Shown here piece after piece: positions 54,353 through 64,000 of a stretch of DNA of 64,000 nucleotides. The stretch comes from Octopus vulgaris. Lineage: Eukaryota. Made by a program: the position numbers and the translations under genes. The notes beneath the pieces were generated by a model. That model was not told the DNA's origin. It did not search any database and was given only the letters and a program-made list of their open reading frames with translations. Location: assembly GCA_951406725.2 (NCBI GenBank), contig OX597819.1, positions 107,694,001-107,758,000 on the forward strand, given 5' to 3'. How positions within the stretch are numbered: the stretch's first letter is position 1; the number at the start of each line of letters is the position of its first letter.

Positions 54353-55415
54353 CACAGCCACACTGTAGGTTAAATTACAATGTAAACACATTCTTTCTAT
54401 GTTAGTAATGTTCGGGCGTACCATATTTTCTTTTCCAAGACCAGATGCTTATGGGCCAGTCATAAATAAAAGCTAGCACTATGATCTATAACCTAATTTG
54501 CTTATTTCTGCTCTCTGAGGTCTAGTTATTGATTAGGTAATATCTGTTTATACACAACATCGCCTTGTAAGAAGGGGCAACATGGAAGCTGAATAAGATT
54601 TCGAAATTTCCTAGAGGGAGAGCGTATTTGTGTCTTTTTATCCTCATGTATCTAACAATTCTTGGGAGATCCCTATATATGAGTGTAAAAGTATACACAG
54701 TAGAAAAGCATTCTGAATTAACATGAATAATCTACGAGTAGAGATAAGGAAGAAATTTTTAAGCATATTTTTATTCAAAATTTTGGAGGTAAATGTTACA
54801 TTACAACTTAGAATTTAAATATATTAAACATTACAAATTAAAATGGGGAGAACAGGGGTGGTTCGTAGAGAAAGCTGAAAGAACAAAGAAAACACTGATT
54901 TTAATAGAAAATACCGTACACATATTTTAGTGAATTTAAAAGTTATATGTGAAGTTTATTTTAATGGACATTTAGAGTTATAATATGAAAAACGTAAAAT
55001 GTTTTCTGTGAAATGTATTTTTGTAAAATATAGTTTTCTAGAATTATTATATTCGTTGGAAATTCATATGTATTAGTCCAATATCCAATAATTTCATTCT
55101 ATATGTAATTATAGCTGATTCAAAACGTAACGCTCACCTGTTGAAATTGTGAGATTAGCTCCGGCTTCTTAGTAGTGTAAAATCCTTTGTTAAAACGCTA
55201 GATATGGCACCTGATTGACAGACATAAAGACTACAAGATAGATATGTTATTAAGAGAGATAGATATATTCACCGGCAAATACAAGCAGATTGATAGGCAG
55301 CTAAACTTATAAATATGTGTGTGTGTATGTGTGTGTTACACACATATATATACATGTACAAATATATATCCATTTATATGTATATACATATATATATATA
55401 CACACGCAAACACAC

Positions 55416-55525
<110 letters not shown>

Positions 55526-55548
55526 AGAAATTCCTTGATACAGTTATA

Positions 55549-55925
55549 ATATTTGGAGAGATTTTTTCTCAAGGCGTTAAGATTGAGAAAAGAACATTTT
55601 TAGAAAGTCGAAAGACATTAACCTTTGGGGAGAGATTTCACAAAATAAATTAAGAGAACGACCTTCTCCGGAAGGCAAAAGAAGAATATTTCATAAGGTT
55701 TCTGAATCCGAAACTAAACTGTAAATAGTCAACAACAATTATATTGAAAGCATCTTCCACTATATATAACACGTGATTGAAAACGTTAAGAACTGAAAGC
55801 GCTTGCACATCTACAAAAGCAAAGCCCACGCACATTTTGTGAAATCTCTTCCCAAAGGTTAGTGTCTTTCGACTTTCTAAAACGGTTCTTTTCTCAATCT
55901 TTGAAAATAATTTTCTCTCGAAACA
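55549..55925. repeat. Inverted-repeat element, probable pLTR relic
   Basis: ~55550-55646 inverted to ~55834-55924; internal GAAACTA...TAGTC half-hammerhead. Confidence 0.65.
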
Positions 55926-55951
55926 TACATATGTATATGTATACGTATATG

Positions 55952-56006
<55 letters not shown>

Positions 56007-56043
56007 CGTATACATATACATATATATATATACATATACATGC

Positions 56044-56074
<31 letters not shown>

Positions 56075-56703
56075 ATAATTGATATAGGATAAAAAAATTT
56101 TCGGGAAAAAATTTTATCAATGGCCAGCATATCAAAAAATGCCTTTAGAGGTAAAATTTATACATAATTTACAAGATAAGGGCAGAACAAAAATTCTAAT
56201 GCCAGATACGCCGAAACAAAAAATTGTCGATAATCATTAAATTTATGCGTCTCGAAACAAACCGATAGAAATCTCTAAAAAAATTCGTTATTACCGTATT
56301 GGTCCAATTTCGGGGTTAATTCACAAGAAATGTTCCCCTCTTCAGCGGCACATACGCGAGATATAAATGAAATACTTATTCATACCCATGGAAGAAGCAA
56401 GCACCAAGTCCCGAGCAGACTTAAGTACCCCAAATATATCCAAAATAGAAAAATCTTCGGCGCACCTCGAGACACGTGTGATTCGAACTAGAAACTTTCA
56501 CAGAGTGATAGAATCCGTAAGTGAACACTATTCTATTTATAATTGATATAGGATAAACATTTTTTCGGGACGGTAATAACGAATTTTTTAGAGATTTCTA
56601 TCGGTTTGTTTCGAGACGCATAAATTTAATGGTTATCGACATTTTTTTTGTTTCGACGTATCTGGCATTAGAATTTTTCTTCTGCCCTTATCTTGTAAAT
56701 TAT
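56075..56703 (-). mobile_element. Non-coding hammerhead element: 464-bp unit, 32-bp terminal direct repeat and inverted arm
   Basis: ATAATTGATATAGGATAAA at 56075 and 56539; 56164-56297 inverted to 56570-56703. Confidence 0.85.
56292..56350 (-). ncRNA. Type I hammerhead ribozyme
   Basis: UGCCG-CUGAAGA-GGGG(loop)CCCC-GAAAUUGGACCAAUA-CGGUA. Confidence 0.88.
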
Positions 56704-56712
56704 TTATATATA

Positions 56713-57225
56713 TCTATATATATAAAACTGTAGTTGTGTGAGTGTCTGTCCCCTTCGATTTAGATTCCTAACTACTCCCACATTTTGCGGTGCAGTTTAA
56801 CCAAATTCGGGTATCTTATAGTCGTGATTCATATCGAGCCTGTCTGAGTATTAGCGCGCGTCTACGATGAGTCTACGATTTTAAAAATAATTTAACATCA
56901 TTTTTTATTCCATTTTAATGCATAATTTTTCGTGTGTCGATGGCGGCGGAGTTGGCGTCCATGGTCACACCTGCACCTGTTTGCTTCTCCCCCTTCTTCC
57001 CTCCCTCGTGAAGCTGTGGGGAAGGGAGTGTAAGGAAATCAACGTCGTAAAGCGTTGTCAAGGAGACCAGCGTTCTTTTAGAACAACGACTTCATGGCTT
57101 GAATTCGCCAAAACAGAAATGGCTAAGAAAGCCCGAATTGGCATCTATAAGGGAAGTAACTCTCTAAAAATGCTTATATAGTTATTTCCCTTACAAACCC
57201 GAGCAACGCCGGGCGATACTGCTAG
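56713..57225 (+). mobile_element. Non-autonomous Helitron
   Basis: 5' TCTATATATATAAAA, subterminal hairpin CCCGAGCAACGCCGGG, 3' CTAG, inserted between A and T. Confidence 0.85.
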
Positions 57226-57226
57226 T

Positions 57227-57261
<35 letters not shown>

Positions 57262-57298
57262 TATGAATATACATATATATACATACAGATATATATAT

Positions 57299-57368
<70 letters not shown>

Positions 57369-57413
57369 GTAAGTATGTATGTATGTATGCATGTATGTAT
57401 GTATATGTATATA

Positions 57414-58180
57414 CTAGCAATGCATCCCGGCATGGGTCATGTGTTATGACCTACACGCATATTGTATTATTTGCTCCTTTTCAAAATTTTTATTTCCCTC
57501 TATCCCCACTGCAATTTCTTAATTTGTAACTTTTCAATTTTTTTTTTTTTAAATTTTGTTATCTACGTAGAAAAATACAGAGATTACGAATCTGAGCAGT
57601 ATATATTATAGTTTAATTTTTCTTAAATAAAAACTCATACCCCTTCCCTCACCTCGCCCACCCATCACCTACCAGCTTTCAAAAAGCTAAAATCTCCTAA
57701 TCTTTCACTTTCATCTTATGCTTCCCACATGCGTAGAATTCTACTGAAATAGTAGACTTAAAAAATACCAGACCACCACCAGAAAACCCGACATGCTAGA
57801 AACAACAGGTAAACGACATTATTTCTGAAGAAACTTACCTGCTTTCCAAAAAGCTAAATGTGAAACATTGTGAGTGTGTAGCTTTTTGAAAGTGGTGAGG
57901 TGAGGGTAAAATTCTTAAAGAATCCTCTGTTTTTCTCCGTGGGTTACTAAGAAAAAATTGAAAAAAGTAAAAGGTTAACTTGGTGTGGAGAGGGAGAAAA
58001 TTAAAATATTGAGTACGTGTTCTGTGGGGGAAATCTCCTGTATCGCAAACATAGGAATCGGAAGAAATTTAGGAAAATAAAGTAAGTGGTGGGACGGAAA
58101 TGTCACTTCGGACATGCCAGAAAGAAGACATAAAGGACAGGATTTCTGGGAAAACTTCCTTTTAAGTTTATATCGAAGAT
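57414..58180 (-). mobile_element. Probable non-autonomous Helitron
   Basis: CTAG at 57414 followed by a GC-rich hairpin remnant similar to the 33975 end; 5' end uncertain. Confidence 0.45.
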
Positions 58181-59330
58181 CAGGTTTTTAAATACGCTCA
58201 TCACAAACACAAATTACACAATAGAAAAAGATCATTTCAGTGGAGTTGGAGGCGTAAATTTGCACGTGCAGACTGCAAGAATTAACATAATTCGCACAGA
58301 CCTTTTACCTAGAGTGTGTGTATGCATGTGTGTTTCAAAGGAAGTTATTTTATGGCATTCTTTCATTTGAAGCAGCAAAGTTGTCAACTTGACATATATT
58401 GAATCATATCATTGTTAATTTCTGTAAAATTGTTTTAATTTCTGTATGCTTTGAAGAAAGAAGAAATTGAAAGAGAGAATAAAGTGAAAAGGTGACATTT
58501 GCTTTGAAATGAGAGGAGTAAGTAACAGAATGGAGAAAGTGTAAGATGTACGTGTATATGAACTGGACGTGTGAGAGAGAGAGAGAGGGAGAGAGAGAGA
58601 GAGAGTGAAGGTATGTGTTGTGATGTATGAAATTTTTGCATGTATGTGCAGGTGGCACTCACCCGCTCTCTCTCTCTCTCTCCCACACACACACACACAC
58701 ATTATCTTTCATATATACGCACACATATATAGGCAGAGGTAAAGAATACGCACACCACCCGTTTTCGGTGTAACCGTAACCCTAAGCATCGGAAATGCGT
58801 ATTCTTGACCTTCGCCCATAAATATATATACATACATCTTTTTGTGCGTGAGAGATAGACAGTGATAGAGAGAGAAAGAGGCTGTATTTCCTCATAACAT
58901 ATAGAAAAATGGATGTTTTTTAATGCAATTTTTTGGTTGTGGCTTATTTTATGTGTACATTTTCCTAAATGTTGTCTGAGTAGAATCCTAAGCATATGTG
59001 AAACATCGGACGAAAGTAATATATTAGAAACAAATCAAAATATTGTCCGAAAATGACCTCAAAGTTGTGCGGCCTAACCTAGTTGCCGAAGTTATTTTAG
59101 TTGTAAAAGAGTTGTTGAGACAGATAATAAGCAGCTTTCTTTATTATAATACACATGTGACTAACTCGCAGAAACATTACTTTCATTATTCACACATTGT
59201 CACTCTCGTAATGCAACACTTTGTAATTTTGGTTCAATTGTAATGAAACCTGGTCGTTGTAGAGAAATAACTATAGCTGGTTATTGAGATAAGGTAGAAA
59301 ATATGCAAATGAAAATGAAGTTTATTTGAC

Positions 59331-59761
59331 AGGCGCAGGAGTGGCTGTGTGGTAAGTAGCTTGTTTACCAACCACATCGTTCCGGGTTCAGTCCCACTGC
59401 GTGGCACCTTGGGCAAGTGTCTTCTGCTATAGCCTCGGACCGACCAAAGCCTTGTGAGTGGATTTGGTAGACGGAAACTGAAAGAAGCCCGTCGTATATA
59501 TGTATATATATATATGTATATGTGTGCATGTATGTTTGTGTGTCTGTGTTTGTCCCCCTAGCATTGTTTGACAACCGATGCTGGTGTGTTTATGTCCCCT
59601 TCACTTGGCGGTTCGGCAAAAGAGACCGATAGAATAAGTACTGGGCTTACAAAGAATAAGTCCCGGAGTCGAGTAGCTCGACTAAAGGTGGTGCTCCAGC
59701 ATGGCCGCAGTCAAATGACTGAAACAAGTAAAAGAGTAAAAGAGTAAAAGAGTAAAAGAGT
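59331..59761 (+). mobile_element. SINE family A with (GAGTAAAA)n tail
   Basis: Near-consensus full copy. Confidence 0.92.
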
Positions 59762-59788
59762 ATGTGTAATTGATTTGATTATTCTGGG

Positions 59789-60002
59789 AGCCGGCGAACT
59801 GGCAGAATCCTTAGTATGCCGGGCAAAATCTTTGAGCGTTATTTCGCCTGTCTGAAATTTATCAACGGCCAGCATATCAACTTTGCCTTTCATCCTTTCG
59901 GGGTCGATAAATTAAGTACCAGTAAAACACACTGGGATCGATGTAATCGACTGGTCCCCTTCACCGAAATTTCAGGCCTTGTGCCTATAGTAGAAAGGAT
60001 TT
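59789..60002 (+). mobile_element. SINE family B variant
   Basis: CTTTGCCTTTCATCCTTTCGGGGTCGATAAATTAAGTACCAG. Confidence 0.8.
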
Positions 60003-61492
60003 GTTCTGGTCTTAACATAAGTTGATAAGAATAGAAGTCATTTGAAGACACCCTTTTGTTTGTAATTTGCTATCCTGTTGCAGGTTCAATCCGAGGAATA
60101 TTGAAATAATACCCATCTTGTCCAATCCACAGAATAAGATTATACTGGAGAACATCATAAGAGGGATGAGCCTGTGAAACACGTTTAAGCTTGTTATCTT
60201 GAACACGAATGAGAATATCGTGATTTTCAATAGGATCATTTGCCATAAGGATGGCTACTTCATTAGATGTGGGGTCATTAAAACAGCGTAAAGTGGTCTT
60301 TATTATAGTTTACTATAGGCGTAACGAACACAGAAGCGCACATACACACTCATAGAATTGATAATATTGAAAACAGCAAAGCGTACATACGAAGTTCAAG
60401 CGAAACAAAATGTAGTTAATATAGGTGCAAAGCATACTTTCTGTAGCATAGATATGCCGTAAAAAAATGGGAAGTCACCAATTTAGCAAAAGTTAGTATG
60501 CGTCACCAATGTAAGAAAGTACAGAAAGTCAACATTTATTTGGAACATATACTAAATGTTATAAAATTCATGACTGAATGAATGTCACGGCGAAGAAAGT
60601 GAAAGTTCATGAAAATTCTGAAGGCATAATTCAATTTTCCATACAAAAATAATTTATTTTACAATTTTAAAACAAACACTGAACCAAGAGTTTAAAAAAA
60701 TGAAGATGCTGTGTAACATTATAGGCTGTAGAACAAATACTAAGTAACGCAGTAAAAAGGTTGTGCGACGTTGATACTCACAGTGATGAAGAATGCATGG
60801 ACTGTTAAAAAAAAACATTATCTTGAAACTGATTAGAAGGAGTGGAATAACATTTCTATAATTATATTGAAAGAGCCGCTGTGGCTTTCCACTTCGCCAA
60901 GTTTCCGAATTTGTTATAATAACCAGAGTAATATTTTGTTTTCAGATATATTTGCGAGTATTGTGAGTGGTGTTAAATCAGCCAAATCTTCATGTTGGTA
61001 GTACTTGAAAGTGAACGTTCAATATCGGCACGTTTCACTGTTGGGGTGGGAGGAAGTTACATACATAAACTAAGAGACACACACACGTACATTAACGCAC
61101 ACCTGAAGCCTATCTCTCTTCTTGTGTGTGTCTGTCTGTCTTTTGATGTATGAGTCAGTCGTCACAAAAATGCATGTATATTGACAGACACATACACCGT
61201 CACACACATATACTTGTCAGTCATTGGCCTAACGTAAGTGACGAACGTGCGAACACCCTCATATAGAAAATGTGACGTCATCATCATTATGACGGTGATA
61301 TGAAATGCTGTTTACGATAGGTAACTAAAAGAAATTTTTGTAATGAAAATATGTGAATGAAAATAAAGTTTAGTTGGTAGCCAAAAGTTTAATGAATCCT
61401 TTGATACTCCTTACGTCAAAATCGACAACTCGGTTTTGGAATGCATAAGGGACATACGCACACACACACACAATACAAACTCTCTTTTAGAG

Positions 61493-61535
<43 letters not shown>

Positions 61536-61746
61536 CAGAAAATAGATAATTTGAATACAGCCAAGTCAATTTACTTACATAGCTGTCGATTACCTAAGTC
61601 CTACGATCGTTTCAATATCCGCCTTCATTCATTTTTACAATTAACAATTACATTATGAATTCAGAAGACAGGGTCTAAATCGATATTGTACCTTTACATC
61701 CTAATAGATTGAGAGTTCATTACAGATGAAGATAGCTGTATATATC

Positions 61747-61835
61747 GTACTAGCTACAGAAGTACATATTCTAAAATTGGAAGATTAGCATGGCTCCTGC
61801 GCAAGGATGACACGCAAATTCGTGAATCATTCTAT
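61747..61835 (+). pseudogene. U6: U6 snRNA pseudogene lacking the ACAGAGA box
   Basis: CTAAAATTGGAA^GATTAGCATGGCTCCTGCGCAAGGATGACACGCAAATTCGTGAA matches U6 with a ~13-nt deletion. Confidence 0.9.
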
Positions 61836-61842
61836 CTAAGAT

Positions 61843-62273
61843 AGGCGCAGGAATGGCTGCGTGGTAAGTAGCTTGCTTACCAACCACATAGTTCTGGGTT
61901 CAGTCCCACGGCGTGGCACCTTGGGCAAGGGTCTTTTACTATAGCCTCGAGCCGACCAAAGCTTTGCGATTGGATTCGGTAGACGAAAACTAAAAGAAGC
62001 TTGTCATATATACATATGTGTGTGTGTGTTTGTGTGTGTGTGTGTGCGTGTGTGTGTATGTGTGTTCGTGTGTCTGTGTCTGTCCCCCACCATCTCTTGA
62101 CAAACGATGGTGGTGTGTTTACGTGCCCGTAACTTAGCGGTTCGGCAAAAGAGACCGACAGAATAAGTACTAAGCTTACAAGCAATAAGTCCTGGGGTCG
62201 ATTTGTTCGACTAAAGGTGGTGTTCCTGCATGGCCGCAGTCAAATGACTGAAATAAATAAAAGAATAAAAGAA
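61843..62273 (+). mobile_element. SINE family A
   Basis: Full copy with internal (TG)n. Confidence 0.9.
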
Positions 62274-62278
62274 TATAT

Positions 62279-62279
62279 T

Positions 62280-62335
<56 letters not shown>
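62279..62335. repeat. (TAG)n microsatellite
   Basis: Direct inspection. Confidence 0.95.
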
Positions 62336-62336
<1 letters not shown>

Positions 62337-63451
62337 TTTACTATGTCCTATTTTTGCAAGTCGTAGTAGTAGTAGTATTTGCTATATCCTATTTTTGCAC
62401 GTCGAAATGATATGGTATAGTTAGAGGGAGATTTAAATTTCATTTGCACAGGTGGTTAGAGAACGGTAAAGGCTCCATGAAGCTTCCCCCTCCGATCCTA
62501 TTAGTTTTCTTGGGTGATTCCTTTATGGCGGTGCCCTTTCAATTTATCTTAATTTGCTTTCTATGACAACCCATTTATATTTCCGTCTCATTGTTTCTAT
62601 TATCCGTTAATTTTTTTTCTTCAGATATTTCTATCACAATGAGCTGTCAGATTTATTGTTTCACTTTATTGACTGTAAAGCTAAATGTTTGGGACTTTAT
62701 TGGTTGCTTGGTTATGTCAGCATGAATTTATTGATAAATGATAAAGTTCATATGTTGATGCTAAGGAAAATTTACAACCAACATAAAACATTCAGTTAAC
62801 ACATATTTCTGCCCAAGATGTCATACAGATTCAGAATAATACATTCGAACACCGCACTATTAAAGAAACCTAACAGAAAATATAAATGATGGTTTCAGCA
62901 AGATAAAAAAAAACCTTCACGAACAATGTAGTCATCGACATCAGTGAAGCTGTTGTCGACTCCATTTTCCCACTATCCATGTATGCACTTAATACACAAT
63001 ACCTCGTTAAGAAACAATCTAAAGTGAGGCTTCACGATCGCCAAGCCTATGTAGTACACAGAAACGCACACATTGCAGTTTCTGCTCATTCACCCTTTTC
63101 AAACCATGCCTTCATCACCTTTACAGCGCGTTTCATACACGGATGGCATCAAACTTGTCCTCTCACTAATCTCTAGCTACAATTATTCAACAACTAACTC
63201 TACGTCGATCAATATTGTTACAAAACAAGACTTAAAGTATCATCCACTAAATCCACTGTTTCCTCTCTAACTGATATAGCAGCCAAATATCCCTCAAATC
63301 ACTCCGTATCGTTTTAAAATTGAAACGCATTATTCGATGTAGTCAAGAGTACACTGTTCTTCATAAGAGCAAATGGGTTGTTATAGCCAGAATACATTAG
63401 ATCGCCGCCTTCTTTCTTTCTAACAACACAAGAGAATAGACAGATAAATAG

Positions 63452-63540
<89 letters not shown>
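63452..63540. repeat. (GATA)n microsatellite
   Basis: Direct inspection. Confidence 0.95.
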
Positions 63541-63541
<1 letters not shown>

Positions 63542-63719
63542 AAAAACAAATTTCGATGGAAAGTCCCGCAGGAAAGCCATAAGCATTTCATAGAGCCGTC
63601 ATCTACAAACGCTATTGCGTTTCCCCTTGAAATTTGTTATCACTCCAGATTTATGTGTAGCGGTTTTGCGTGCGCAAGTGTACAGAAAATAGTGTGTATT
63701 AGAAAAACTAATATAGTGT

Positions 63720-63937
63720 TTAACCCTTTAGCATTCAGATTACTCTGTCAAATGTAATGCATATCTATTCACATTGTTTTGCATTTATCATGCATTGTCT
63801 TGTAGCTCTGAGATTGTAATGATGTAATCGTTTGTTTTTAGACTGACAGTGTAGAGTAGGTGTAAAGGGATGGATATGATCAGTTTGAAGATAAAACAGG
63901 TAGAATATTTGGGCCTGATATGGCCGGTTTAAATACA
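63720..63937 (+). mobile_element. Possible piggyBac-like MITE
   Basis: TTAA followed by CCCTTTAGCATT at the left end; right terminus is degraded. Confidence 0.35.
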
Positions 63938-64000
63938 TTATCAAGTCTAGTGGAAAAATATCAGTTACAACTATGATGCTGTTGATGAAACATGTTCTTT

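Noticed and set aside
60947-61046. TTTTGTTTTCAG acceptor-like site
   Set aside because: The frames examined stop early and there is no supporting evidence

Overview
AT-rich, microsatellite-dense eukaryotic DNA; the SINE families and (TA)n/(TG)n/(TACA)n load suggest an octopus or other cephalopod genome (inference). I found no convincing host protein-coding exon, and most listed ORFs are microsatellite artefacts. The window is a mosaic of mobile elements: three tRNA-derived SINE families, a CR1/L2-group LINE with an open RT frame, R4/Dong-like LINE relics, mariner/maT relics, a Chapaev3-like transposon, non-autonomous Helitrons and a U6 pseudogene. The most striking content is a set of Penelope-like (Naiad-type GIY-YIG) elements and small non-coding fold-back or tandem elements. 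They carry type I hammerhead ribozyme motifs of about seven different sequence types and mostly sit in (TA)n tracts. These include two diverged but homologous ~570-nt hammerhead monomers (retrozyme-like), RT-less endonuclease elements bracketed by inverted pLTRs, and one inversion junction that coincides with the predicted ribozyme cleavage site. All folds, alignments and boundaries were read by eye.
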